Positions 17,725-27,797 of a stretch of DNA of 64,000 nt are shown here, in pieces. The notes beneath the pieces were generated by a model. The model made no database searches and had not been told where the DNA came from. It was given only the letters and a program-made list of their open reading frames with translations. The stretch spans positions 1,653,865 to 1,717,864 of the forward strand of contig OZ255828.1 of NCBI GenBank assembly GCA_965277585.1. The letters run 5' to 3'. This DNA comes from Roseivirga sp. (lineage in GTDB: Bacteria > Bacteroidota > Bacteroidia > Cytophagales > Cyclobacteriaceae). Each line of letters starts with the position of its first letter. Positions within the stretch are counted from its first letter, which is position 1. The translations under genes and the position numbers were made by a program.

Positions 17725-20700
17725 CTATAACTTCTCTTTTTCGAGGTCCGGGCCCAGGTATTGATGCACTGTTTTAATCAGTAATTTGTAGTCTACAGGC
17801 TTAGACAGATAGTCATCCATTCCCGCAGCCAGACACTTTTCTCTTTCGCCTACCATAGCAGCAGCCGTCAGGGCCACAATGGGCACATTGGCATTTTCAG
17901 AGTCAAGTGCCTTAATAGACCGTGTGGTTTCATAGCCATCCATCACAGGCATTTGTAAATCCATCAGCACTAAATCGTACCGATAGTTTTTCACCATGTG
18001 CAAGCCTATTTCACCATTCTCTGCACAATCCACCACAATCCCATGGCGCTCCAGCATTTTTGTAGCCACCTTCTGATTGGTAGGGTTATCCTCAATCAGA
18101 ATGATTCTCTTGGCAGAGCTTTGTTCTTCTTCCTCTATTTCTTCGGGCAGTTCTTCCTGGGGTTCATAGTGCAGGTCTTCTTCAAAAACCTCCTCTGTCT
18201 TAATGTAGAATCTGAAAATAGATCCGCTGTCCTGATCGCTTTCAGCCCAGATTTCTCCGCCCATGTTCTCTACCAGTTCTTTACAAATGCTCAGACCGAG
18301 CCCTGTACCGCCATAAGCCCTGGTATTCCCACTATCTACCTGTGTAAAGCTCTCGAATATCCGGTTCAACTGAGTTTCAGGCATGCCAATCCCCGTGTCA
18401 GTAACCGTAAACCAAACCTCAAACTGATCATCTCCCTGGCTCAAACCCTCCGCCAGAATGGTTACACCTCCTGAATGTGTAAACTTAACGGCATTGGAAA
18501 CCAGGTTGACAAGAACCTGTCTCACGCGGTCCCGGTCTCCCAGCACAAGGTCCGGAATGGTAGGAAGCACCCACTTCTTCAGGTAGAGATTCTTCTGACC
18601 GACCAGGGCCTGGAAAGAAGCTGCTACCTCCTCCAACAGATCCTTGATGCTGAAAACCTCAGAGGCAAAATGCATGGCACCTGCTTCAATTTTAGCGATA
18701 TCCAGAATGTCATCCACAATTACCTTAAGCGAACCAGCGGAGTTGGCCAGCGTATTCAGTATATCTTTTTGTTCTGTAGTCGATTCGGTCTCGAGTGAGA
18801 GCTGCGTCAGGCCTACTATACCATTCAGAGGTGTTCGGATCTCATGACTCATATTGGCCAGAAAACGACTCTTGATATTATTTGCCTCTTCTGCTTCAGC
18901 CAGGGCTACCTTCAGCTTCTCCTCTGCCTTCTTCCTCTCGGTAATTTCCTCAGTAAGCTCTGTGGACCTCTCTTGCACAAGAGCTTCCAGCTCCTTTCTT
19001 TTCTTGATAATCCTCCTGTTTCGTCCCCAGAGAATCAGGGCCATCAGGCCAATTACCGCCAGACCAATCAGCAACTTGAACCAAAGGGTCTCATAGAAAT
19101 GTGGCTGAATGGTAATAGCCAGCCTTTTCGTCTCTGACCAATCAGAAAAACGGCCTTTGGACTGTACCAGAAGCTCATAGTTCTTGCCTCCGGGAATGTT
19201 CTCAAAATTGGCTCGCCCGTCAAGTTTCTGTACTATCCAATCATTGTGATAGCCCACCAGCTTATAGCGGTATTTGACATCCCCGGGTCTGATATGATCT
19301 ATTGACCCATAGGTGATGGCGAAGCTGTTCTGCTCACAATTCAAAACAAGCTTATCAGTAACCGAAATGTCCTTTTCTAAAGGCGAGTCTTCTGCACCCG
19401 CCTTTACCTTTTCACCATTTACAAACAGCGAGGTGAATGCGAGGTTTTGTGGTATTTCGTATTCAACAATATAATCGGGGTGAAAAAGGGTAAGCCCGCT
19501 CAGGCCTGCCATCAATATTTTGCCCTCACTGTTCTTGATACCTGCTCTTTCAGAGAAGTGATTACTCTGCAAACCATCACTAATATCGAAGTTGTTGATA
19601 ACCGTTTGAGAAGTATCAGCATGATCAATTCTCAGCTCAGTAAGGCCCGCATTGGTAGCAAGCCACATAACACCTTCATCATCCTCAACAATTGATCTGA
19701 TATCATCACTCTTGAAACCGTTTTTCTCATTGTAGACCTCCTTTAGTTTCAGGTGTCTGTCGAGTAACAACAGGCCATCCTGCTGAGTGGCTATGAATAA
19801 TCCATGCCTTTCGCTTTCATAAATAGCATTAATGGGCAGATCAGCCGCTTCAGTTCCCTTCTCAAGGGAAACAGACACTTTTTCCAGGACGCCCCCTTTC
19901 AGAACAAAGAGCCCGCGATCGCTCCCCGCCAGAATAGTACCATTCTTAAGTTTGTTAATCGCGTTAATGGCTGGTACGTAATCTAGAGAAACTCCGTCAG
20001 CCCTTACCTCAATATCCCGCAGTACCTTGGAGACAGTTGAGTACATTTTGAAACCCTGATCTTCCGTACCCAACCAGGCATTATCTTTTTCGTCCACAAA
20101 AACGGCATTCACCTTAATTCCACTCAGTACATCTGGAAGAATACGCTCATAAGTTCCTGTTTTAACTCTCCAGCTCACAAGGCCATTGTTGGTTCCAAGC
20201 CAAAGATTATCATCCCTACAGTTATCGATAGCCAAAATGCCATTTACCTGATCAGCCATTTGCCCCTGAAATGGATAATGTTGGAATTTCCGGGTTGAGG
20301 TATTGAATTTTGAAAGTCCTTTACGCGACCCCAGCCAGGTGTTTCCTTTATAGTCGAACAGCGAGAAAATGGAATAATCCATCAGGTCATTCTCTGTTCC
20401 CGCCTCCGTGGTCTGTCCATAGTAATCAAATAGATTATCAGCGCTATGGTAATAGTTAATTCCCGAGTTAGGTGTGGTGATCCAAACCACTCCCTGTTTG
20501 TCCTGGTAGATACTTCTGAGCGTTTTGTCAGATAATGAGAAGGCATTATCGAAATCATACTTTACAAACCGACTTTCGTCAGTCTCCAGGTCCACTATAG
20601 TAATGCCATCCAGCGTAGCTACCCAAACATCCTTACCATCCACCAGGTACATATCACTGATATGATTATTCGTCAAAGGGGTCTGGGCGCTTCCTTCATG

Positions 20701-21441
20701 TAGCGTTCTGGAGCTTTTGCGTGTCGCATCGTAACGAATGATTCCGTTACTGGCCGTACCTATCCAGAGCTCATTACCCAAGGCCAGAAGTCTTGTTACC
20801 ACCTCATCATTGGTAAGATCAGTTTTGACCAGTTTACTCCCCTGGAGCTTATACAAGCCTTCCATGGTACTGACCATTAGCTCAGACCTGAAGTAAGCCA
20901 TATCAGTCATCTTCAGAGGGCTTCCGTCTTTTCCCGGAGCTTCCAGCACCAACTCCTCTTCAAAATTTTCACCAGAAATTTTGATCAAATGATCATTGCA
21001 GACAAACCACATATTACCGTTCTCATCCTGGCAGATATGGCGTATGGCGATGGTGCCTGCACGTTTCTGCTCGTGCCGGATAGGAATTCTGATGAAGAGA
21101 TTGTAGGGACGATCATAAAGATTAAGTCCATCCCGGGTACCCACCCAGAGACGTTGCTGGTCATCTTCGAAAAGAGCCGTAATATGATCATTGCTTATAG
21201 TGGTGGTGTCCTTTCTGTCGAACTTATGAATATCGTAGACACCATAGTCTATCACCCGGTTGAGCCCTTCCTCGGTACCAATCCAGAGAAAGCCCATATG
21301 ATCTTGCAGCGTAAGGGTAGTCTTGTCACTGGACAAACCATAATCGGCATAAATCTGATAGAAGAATGGATTTCGTGATTGCGGGAAAACCTGCACTGAC
21401 AAGCAGGCCAAAAGCAGGCTGAGGATTAATCTGCGGTACAT
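17725..21441 (-). CDS. hybrid two-component sensor histidine kinase/response regulator with periplasmic beta-propeller and Y_Y_Y domains
   Basis: The 1238-aa ORF has a signal peptide, repeated propeller blades (WIGT, WVGT, WLGT motifs), a TM segment (LLIGLAVIGLMALILW), HisKA (FLANMSHEIRTPLNGIVG), HATPase_c (VTDTGIGM, GGTGLGLSICK) and a C-terminal REC domain (RIILIEDNPTNQKV...DLVLMDLQMPVMDG). There is no AraC HTH tail. Confidence 0.9.
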   Translation of the reverse strand: MYRRLILSLLLACLSVQVFPQSRNPFFYQIYADYGLSSDKTTLTLQDHMGFLWIGTEEGLNRVIDYGVYDIHKFDRKDTTTISNDHITALFEDDQQRLWVGTRDGLNLYDRPYNLFIRIPIRHEQKRAGTIAIRHICQDENGNMWFVCNDHLIKISGENFEEELVLEAPGKDGSPLKMTDMAYFRSELMVSTMEGLYKLQGSKLVKTDLTNDEVVTRLLALGNELWIGTASNGIIRYDATRKSSRTLHEGSAQTPLTNNHISDMYLVDGKDVWVATLDGITIVDLETDESRFVKYDFDNAFSLSDKTLRSIYQDKQGVVWITTPNSGINYYHSADNLFDYYGQTTEAGTENDLMDYSIFSLFDYKGNTWLGSRKGLSKFNTSTRKFQHYPFQGQMADQVNGILAIDNCRDDNLWLGTNNGLVSWRVKTGTYERILPDVLSGIKVNAVFVDEKDNAWLGTEDQGFKMYSTVSKVLRDIEVRADGVSLDYVPAINAINKLKNGTILAGSDRGLFVLKGGVLEKVSVSLEKGTEAADLPINAIYESERHGLFIATQQDGLLLLDRHLKLKEVYNEKNGFKSDDIRSIVEDDEGVMWLATNAGLTELRIDHADTSQTVINNFDISDGLQSNHFSERAGIKNSEGKILMAGLSGLTLFHPDYIVEYEIPQNLAFTSLFVNGEKVKAGAEDSPLEKDISVTDKLVLNCEQNSFAITYGSIDHIRPGDVKYRYKLVGYHNDWIVQKLDGRANFENIPGGKNYELLVQSKGRFSDWSETKRLAITIQPHFYETLWFKLLIGLAVIGLMALILWGRNRRIIKKRKELEALVQERSTELTEEITERKKAEEKLKVALAEAEEANNIKSRFLANMSHEIRTPLNGIVGLTQLSLETESTTEQKDILNTLANSAGSLKVIVDDILDIAKIEAGAMHFASEVFSIKDLLEEVAASFQALVGQKNLYLKKWVLPTIPDLVLGDRDRVRQVLVNLVSNAVKFTHSGGVTILAEGLSQGDDQFEVWFTVTDTGIGMPETQLNRIFESFTQVDSGNTRAYGGTGLGLSICKELVENMGGEIWAESDQDSGSIFRFYIKTEEVFEEDLHYEPQEELPEEIEEEEQSSAKRIILIEDNPTNQKVATKMLERHGIVVDCAENGEIGLHMVKNYRYDLVLMDLQMPVMDGYETTRSIKALDSENANVPIVALTAAAMVGEREKCLAAGMDDYLSKPVDYKLLIKTVHQYLGPDLEKEKL

Positions 21442-21679
21442 ATTCTACTTAGGTGAGGCACAAATCTAGCGCAAAATACAGACAACAGCAACTACCCTAA
21501 CTTACTGACAATCAATTTCGTGCACCAACCAATGGTCAAAAGCAACAAAAAAGAACGGCTTACATAAGTACTTACACTATTTTGCCTTGAATACATAACA
21601 TGTATAAACATGAATTGTTCTTGAACCAGTGGCCAACGACAGTATCTGGAAGGGCCGAATGATGCGAAAGCCTGCCGGA

Positions 21680-22573
21680 CTACTTACCTTCAACAAACCC
21701 CTCTTCCTTATACCGGGGGTTGGGATAGGAATAAAAGCCTTCACCCGTTTTTACCCCCAACTTACCGGCATCAAGGTAGGTTTTGAGTAAGGCTGCAAAG
21801 GCCTGGCTTCTTTTATCGCTTTGGCTGCTGGTAATGTGCCAGGCCGTATCAAGGCCGACCGTGTCGAGAATACCAAAAGGCCCCATGTCCATTTTGAAAT
21901 TGCCCATCCAGCTACGGTCTATGTCCTCTATAGAGGCTACATCCCCGGTCTTGAGTGCTCCGGCAGCACCAATCAGGGCCATGAGCATAAAATTGAAAAC
22001 GTAGCCAGGATTCTCTTTTTTCACAAACACAGGAGTCTGCCAGAGCACCGGCCCCAGTTCCATCAGCAGATCATTCACCCAGCTTTCAGTTCCCGCATGC
22101 GGCATAACATCCACTACATTGGCATAGAAAACATCATGAAAATGATAGTTGCAAAAACGTTCCGGTCGTCCGGTGGCATCCGCGATTTGCGAAGGCAAAA
22201 GGTAAGAAGTATTAGAAGTAAACAGGGTTTTGGCAGGACAAAGTGCTCCGAACTGTGCCCAGACTTTTCTCTTCAGTTCCAGGTTCTCAGTTACAGATTC
22301 ATTTACAAAATCGACATCCTGAGCCGCTTCCTCTGCATTGGTGGTAAAGGTTAACCTGGCCAGGGCCTCATCGACCTGTGCCTGCGTAAGCCTTTCATGC
22401 CTGAGGAGCATCTTCACAATACTTTGGTGCACTCCTTTTGCCTTCATCAGCGCTTCTTCACTGATATCATAAATAGTGGTCTGAAATCCACTGATAGCAC
22501 ATTGTAAGCCCACCCGCAGGCCGAGTGTTCCCGCACCCAAAACGAGTACCTTTTTAATATCTTCAATTTTCAT
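21680..22573 (-). CDS. 3-hydroxyacyl-CoA dehydrogenase family protein (NAD-binding)
   Basis: KKVLVLGAGTLGLRVGLQCAISGFQTTIYD Rossmann fold typical of 3-hydroxybutyryl-CoA dehydrogenases. Internal Met 22573 is chosen so the gene does not overlap the upstream one. Confidence 0.75.
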   Translation of the reverse strand: MKIEDIKKVLVLGAGTLGLRVGLQCAISGFQTTIYDISEEALMKAKGVHQSIVKMLLRHERLTQAQVDEALARLTFTTNAEEAAQDVDFVNESVTENLELKRKVWAQFGALCPAKTLFTSNTSYLLPSQIADATGRPERFCNYHFHDVFYANVVDVMPHAGTESWVNDLLMELGPVLWQTPVFVKKENPGYVFNFMLMALIGAAGALKTGDVASIEDIDRSWMGNFKMDMGPFGILDTVGLDTAWHITSSQSDKRSQAFAALLKTYLDAGKLGVKTGEGFYSYPNPRYKEEGFVEGK

Positions 22574-22610
22574 TTCCATTCTCATTTCTGGTTCTTTCCC
22601 TGTCAGCGTA

Positions 22611-23663
22611 TTAAATCCTGTCCTGATCCAGGGCCTTGACTGCATTGGCTCCGCAAGCCATCACCGCATAAATCAGATTAGCAAAACGCGGGTCCTGTGT
22701 CAGCCCCTTCTTATACCGGGCGTAAATCTGCTGAATGATCACACCGATCTTGAAAGCTCCGAAAACATAGTAAAACACCTTATTGCTTAAATCAAATCCG
22801 GTTTTTTCAGCATACAGATCGACAAATTCAGCCCTGTTCAGGTTACCCGGCAGCCAGGTAAGACTGAAGGGTTTTAAGGCTTCAGAGTCATCGCCCTGAG
22901 CCCAATAGGCCAAAGAAGTACCCAAATCCATTAAGGGGTTGCCCACGGTAGACATCTCCCAGTCCAATACCGCAATGATCTCTTCCAGCTTGTCAGGGTT
23001 GAGCACCAGGTTATCGTATTTGTAGTCGTTATGGATGAAACTTACATACTGCTGGGCAGGTATGTTTTTTCCGAGCCAGTCAGCCACTTGTTCCATTTCC
23101 GGAAGTTTATCTGTCTGAGCATTAAAATAGCGTTTAACCCAACCAGTCACCTGCCGCTCGGTGTAGCCTTCCGGTTTACCAAAATCGGCCAGGCCTGCCT
23201 TATCCAGATCCATCAGATGCAGGTCAGCCAGGTTGTTGACACAAGATGCGGAAACGGCCCTCATGACTTCAGGTGTCAAAGTCAGGTTTTTCGGAGGCCT
23301 TCCCCTTAAAATCACTCCTCTCACGCGTTCCATTACGTAGAACTCCGCGCCCATCACTGACTCATCATTCGTATACAGTACTGCTTTAGGAGCCTTCGGG
23401 TAAAATCCCTCAAGAGCAGAAAGCACTCTGTACTCCCTGTTCATGTCGTGCCCTCCTTTGATATTGGCACCAAAAGGAGGTCTCCTCAATACATATTCCT
23501 TTTCCCCTGACTTTAACAGATAAGTAAGATTGGAGAAACCGCTGGGGAATTGAGAGATTTCAAGGTCACCGGAAAAACCCTCCAGGTTGTCTTTCAAATA
23601 TGACTTGAGCAAACCCAAATCGAGTTCTTCGCCTTTTCTTATGTCCGTTGCCTTATCAAGCAT
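22611..23663 (-). CDS. phosphotransferase (APH/choline-kinase-like) family protein, acyl-CoA dehydrogenase-associated kinase type
   Basis: HNDYKYDNLVL catalytic loop (H-x-D-x4-N) and DWEMSTVGNPLMDLG Mg-binding region. It lies directly upstream of an acyl-CoA dehydrogenase gene, as in ACAD10/11-like arrangements. Confidence 0.75.
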   Translation of the reverse strand: MLDKATDIRKGEELDLGLLKSYLKDNLEGFSGDLEISQFPSGFSNLTYLLKSGEKEYVLRRPPFGANIKGGHDMNREYRVLSALEGFYPKAPKAVLYTNDESVMGAEFYVMERVRGVILRGRPPKNLTLTPEVMRAVSASCVNNLADLHLMDLDKAGLADFGKPEGYTERQVTGWVKRYFNAQTDKLPEMEQVADWLGKNIPAQQYVSFIHNDYKYDNLVLNPDKLEEIIAVLDWEMSTVGNPLMDLGTSLAYWAQGDDSEALKPFSLTWLPGNLNRAEFVDLYAEKTGFDLSNKVFYYVFGAFKIGVIIQQIYARYKKGLTQDPRFANLIYAVMACGANAVKALDQDRI

Positions 23664-23768
23664 AGATTAGTTTATTATTAGTTAGTTGGGCGACCAGGCA
23701 AAATGAGATGCTGAACCTTTCCTAATCTCCATTCCAGACTGATCATTCGACATTAATCATACCTTACG

Positions 23769-24965
23769 CTACATGCCATACTTCTTCAGGATCGATTTTG
23801 CCAGACTGGCCTTATGCACCTCATCGGGTCCGTCATAAATTCTTGCCCCCCGCTCATGTCTGTACCAGAAAGAAAGCATGGTATCTTCTGTAATTCCTAA
23901 AGCCCCGTGTACCTGCACTGCTCGGTCCAGCACCTGCATCAGTACATTGGCCACGTAGAATTTAATGGTGGAAATCTCCAGCCGTGCTGCTTTACTGCCT
24001 TCCCGGTCCATTTTATCAGCAGCATGCAGCACCATATATCTGGCCGCATTAATCTCTGCCCTGCTTTCTGAAATCCAGTTCTGAATCGTTTGCTGATGCC
24101 CCAGCATCTTGCCATCTCGCAACTCACGGGTAGCCGCACGTTTGCACATAAGGTCAAAAGCGCGTTCACAGATACCGATCCAGCGCATACAGTGGTGAAT
24201 TCTGCCGGGTCCCAGCCTTTGCTGAGCCAGCATAAACCCACTGCCTGGCTCACCTATCAGATTACTCAACGGTACCCGACAGTCTTTATACTCAATTTCC
24301 GCATGGCTCATATAGCCACCACCCACATCACCCATGATGGGAATATTGCGGGTAAGTTCGAACCCTGGTGTATCCGTAGGCACAATGATCATACTGGCCC
24401 GGTTGTAAGGACCAGCCTCAGGGTCTGTCACAGCCATTACGATAGCAAAGGCAGCCCCATCAGCAGCTGTAGTAAACCACTTATGCCCGTTGATGACAAA
24501 CTCATCACCTTCCTGTACCGCAGTAGTTCCCAGGTTAACCGGATTAGAACCCGCAAATTCAGGCTCTGTCATAGAGAAGCAACTTCTGATCTCTCCATTG
24601 ATCAGCGGATGCAGGTACCTTTCCTTTAATTCCTCCGAAGCAAACTGATGCATCAGCTCAATATTCCCGATATCCGGGGCCTGACAGTTAAGCGCATAAT
24701 GGCCCAGTGGCGTCATACCCAGTATCTCAGAAAGCTGACCAAACTCAGTCATGGTCAGGCCCAGTCCACCTTCATCCTCGGGTAGATAAGGCGTCCACAG
24801 GCCCAGAGACTTTGCCTTTGCGCTCTTCTCATCCAACAGCGCTTTCGCTTCCGGCCAGGGTCCATGGACCAGTTGCATTTCAACAGGGTACAACTCCTCT
24901 TCCACAAAGGCTTTTACCCTGGGATAAAGCGCTTTGAGTTTATCGGTAGCAAAAAGTTCTATCAT
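23769..24965 (-). CDS. acyl-CoA dehydrogenase family protein
   Basis: 398 aa with the acyl-CoA dehydrogenase middle-domain motif CFSMTEPEFAGSNP and C-terminal four-helix domain motifs (QVHGALG). Confidence 0.85.
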   Translation of the reverse strand: MIELFATDKLKALYPRVKAFVEEELYPVEMQLVHGPWPEAKALLDEKSAKAKSLGLWTPYLPEDEGGLGLTMTEFGQLSEILGMTPLGHYALNCQAPDIGNIELMHQFASEELKERYLHPLINGEIRSCFSMTEPEFAGSNPVNLGTTAVQEGDEFVINGHKWFTTAADGAAFAIVMAVTDPEAGPYNRASMIIVPTDTPGFELTRNIPIMGDVGGGYMSHAEIEYKDCRVPLSNLIGEPGSGFMLAQQRLGPGRIHHCMRWIGICERAFDLMCKRAATRELRDGKMLGHQQTIQNWISESRAEINAARYMVLHAADKMDREGSKAARLEISTIKFYVANVLMQVLDRAVQVHGALGITEDTMLSFWYRHERGARIYDGPDEVHKASLAKSILKKYGM

Positions 24966-25014
24966 GTGGAATAGTTAACGGTTAAGGGTCCTGAGAGGAT
25001 TGTATCAGTTATGG

Positions 25015-25782
25015 TTAAATAGTGTAGCCGCCATCAGCGGTGATAATGGCTCCCGTAATAAATTTAGAGGCCGCTGAAGCCAAAAACACGGCCAGTCCCG
25101 CAATGTCCTCAGGCTGTGCCAGCATAGGCAGGGCCTGTTTCATCATAACATGCTTCAGTATCTTTTCATTAGAGGTAAGAGCCTCGCTGAATTTGGTTTC
25201 CACCAATCCGGGACAAATGGCGTTGGCCCTGATCTGGTCCGGCCCCCACTCACGGGCCAGTACCCTGGTCAGTTGAATTAAAGCTGCTTTGCTCACTGAA
25301 TAGAGCCCCAGCCCCTGCCCGGGAGTGATCCCTTCAATACTGCTGATGTTAATTACCGATCCGCCTCCCCGGCTCTTCATGCTCTCGTAAGCATATTTCG
25401 CCAGGTTCAGCGGCCCTCTTACATTCACATCCATGATCTTATTGAAGGCTTCATCTCCCGCCTCCTGTACCGGACCAAAAACGGGGTTGGCCGCAGCATT
25501 ATTCACGATGATATCAATGCCCCCCAGATTCTTTATGGTGCTTTCTGCCAGCGCCTTGATTTGTTCATCATCTCCCATATGACATGGAAAAGCAATAGCA
25601 TCCCAGCCTTTGGCTTTGAACTCATCAGCTACAGAAGACACCGCATCCAACTTCCGGCTGGAAACCACCACCTTGGCTCCCTGCTGTGCCAGTGCCATGG
25701 CAATGAATTTGCCGATTCCTTTACTCGCTCCTGTCACAATGGCCACCTTACCATCGAGCCTGAAATTATCTGCTATTTGCAT
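25015..25782 (-). CDS. SDR family NAD(P)-dependent oxidoreductase
   Basis: VTGASKGIGKFIA glycine-rich motif; NNAAANPVF; Y-x3-K (YSVSKAAL). Confidence 0.85.
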   Translation of the reverse strand: MQIADNFRLDGKVAIVTGASKGIGKFIAMALAQQGAKVVVSSRKLDAVSSVADEFKAKGWDAIAFPCHMGDDEQIKALAESTIKNLGGIDIIVNNAAANPVFGPVQEAGDEAFNKIMDVNVRGPLNLAKYAYESMKSRGGGSVINISSIEGITPGQGLGLYSVSKAALIQLTRVLAREWGPDQIRANAICPGLVETKFSEALTSNEKILKHVMMKQALPMLAQPEDIAGLAVFLASAASKFITGAIITADGGYTI

Positions 25783-25938
25783 GAGGGGTTAATTTTTGAT
25801 CGATTCTTTGTAAGATAAAAACAATTTAATTGTTATGCATGCAGAGTATTTTATAATTTGCTGAAAACCGGGGAAATTCTCTTTAGTGAAGTATGACAAC
25901 CTAAGGAAGTTTCCATTGATAACAGAACCACCAGACTC

Positions 25939-26916
25939 ATGAAAGCAGCTCAATTCGAAAAACTCGGACTCCCTACTGAAGTAATTAAAGTAGTAGACCT
26001 TCCTGTTCCGGAACCTGCACCGGGCGAAGTACGGATTAAGGTCACCAAAGCCAACATTATTCCGGCCGACATCATGTTTATCCAGGGTATGTACGGATTG
26101 AGACCGCAGCTTCCACAGATCGGTGGTTTTGAGGGCACAGGTACCGTGGATGCCTGTGGAGACGGAGTCGAAATGGCTGAAGGAACCGGAGTTATCTTTA
26201 CTGCTCAAGGTGCCTGGACAGAGTACGTTTGTGTTCCTGCCAAAACGGTAATCCCAAAGCCTCCGGTGATGTCTGATGATATTGCCTGTCAGGCTTTTGT
26301 CAACCCCTTTACTGCCTACGGTATGCTCATGGAAGCAGACCTCCAGGCCGGGGACTGGCTGCTGCTTACCGCCTCTGCCTCTGCCTTCAGCAAGTTTGTA
26401 ATCCAGCTGGCCGCTCAGAGAGGAATTAATGTGATCGGTACGGTACGAAGGGACGAACAAAAACAGCAACTGCTGGATTTGGGGGCTAAGGCCATCATCA
26501 ATGAAAAGACCGAGCACCTCTACAAGGCAGTTAAAACTGCTACGGAAGGAATTATGGTCAAAGCGGCTTTTGATGCCGTGGGTGGAGAACTGGGCGATAA
26601 AGTACTCAACGTTCTTCAGATGAACGGAAAGATGTTTGTCTATGGGCTGTTAAGCCTTCAGCCTATTCCGCTCAACAGCGGTCTGCTTATATTCAAAAAC
26701 CTGACGGTAAAAGGTTTCTGGCTCAGCACCTGGATGGCCAACCTCACCAAAGAGCAACGCATGACCATCGTACCGGAGATATTGACCATGCTGACCAAGC
26801 AAGAGCTCAAAGCCGATGTCGATGCCTACTATGGCATTGATGACATCATCAAAGCCATAGAGCACATGGAAGCACCGGGCCGCAGTGGCAAGATCTTACT
26901 GGATATGAGCAAATAA
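25939..26916 (+). CDS. zinc-independent medium-chain dehydrogenase/reductase (quinone oxidoreductase / enoyl reductase-like)
   Basis: MDR fold: GEVRIKVTKANIIPADIMFIQGMY, plus a nucleotide-binding region (LLLTASASAFSKFVIQLAAQRGINVIGTV). Confidence 0.75.
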   Translation: MKAAQFEKLGLPTEVIKVVDLPVPEPAPGEVRIKVTKANIIPADIMFIQGMYGLRPQLPQIGGFEGTGTVDACGDGVEMAEGTGVIFTAQGAWTEYVCVPAKTVIPKPPVMSDDIACQAFVNPFTAYGMLMEADLQAGDWLLLTASASAFSKFVIQLAAQRGINVIGTVRRDEQKQQLLDLGAKAIINEKTEHLYKAVKTATEGIMVKAAFDAVGGELGDKVLNVLQMNGKMFVYGLLSLQPIPLNSGLLIFKNLTVKGFWLSTWMANLTKEQRMTIVPEILTMLTKQELKADVDAYYGIDDIIKAIEHMEAPGRSGKILLDMSK

Positions 26917-26931
26917 GAGCTTCTGTCTCAC

Positions 26932-27741
26932 ATGAATCGGGTTGTATTCAGACTGCTCAAAAAGCCTTTCTTTGGTCGCTTTATGGTACCCTGGCGAAAC
27001 CCGCTGCCTGAGGGTGAGCGGGAGCACTGGCAGTCATTTAGGGTGAAAAGTAAAACCGGTGCTGAAATTCAATTGCTCTGGCATCAACGGCAAAATGCCC
27101 GTGGCACCATTGTGCTCGGGCACCCGATGGGAAAGGCTGCCAAAGGCCTGTTCTTAAAAAATGGTCATGCACAGCAGTTGATCACAAAGGGCTTCAATGT
27201 GATGGTGTATGACTTCAACGGTTTTGGTGAGAGCCAGATGGGCAGCTTTAATTTCTATCATGATGCCGAAGCGGCCGGCCTGAAGGCTCAGGCACTCTCC
27301 CCGGGGATGAAACTGGGATATCATGGTATGTCGCTGGGAGGTATGTGGATATGCCCGGTATTGTCAAAAGAGACAAACCCCTTCTCCTATGTGATTCTCG
27401 AAAGTGCTGCTACTACCCTTCCCGAATTCTGGAAGCACTACCCGCTGGCTCATAAGATTCTGCGGTTTTCTTTCTTCTTTATACCCAGACAGGCCGAATA
27501 TCTGAAACCCATTCGCCATATCAGTCAATTAAAGGGTGTAGAAAAACTACTCCTGATCTATTCTGATACGGACGACTATACCCCTCTGGAAATGGGAGAA
27601 AGATTCAGGGATCAGGCTAACATAGAAGCACAACTCTGGAATGCTACCGGTGCCGAACATGCACTGGCTTACAAGCAATATGGCCAGGACTATTGGGACA
27701 AGGTAATCGGTTTCTTTGACCAGAATTTTTATAAAGAATAG
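26932..27741 (+). CDS. alpha/beta hydrolase fold protein
   Basis: GMSLGG nucleophile elbow (G-x-S-x-G); the 269-aa size fits. Confidence 0.6.
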   Translation: MNRVVFRLLKKPFFGRFMVPWRNPLPEGEREHWQSFRVKSKTGAEIQLLWHQRQNARGTIVLGHPMGKAAKGLFLKNGHAQQLITKGFNVMVYDFNGFGESQMGSFNFYHDAEAAGLKAQALSPGMKLGYHGMSLGGMWICPVLSKETNPFSYVILESAATTLPEFWKHYPLAHKILRFSFFFIPRQAEYLKPIRHISQLKGVEKLLLIYSDTDDYTPLEMGERFRDQANIEAQLWNATGAEHALAYKQYGQDYWDKVIGFFDQNFYKE

Positions 27742-27797
27742 TTAGGAAGAATTCATACGAACCTCCAATTCTCTATCTTCATACAAATTCCATTACC

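Noticed and set aside
25789-26517. 242-aa minus-strand ORF overlapping the 5' half of the MDR oxidoreductase gene
   Set aside because: The plus-strand frame has clear MDR family motifs. The minus-strand translation is low-complexity with no motifs. It is a shadow ORF.
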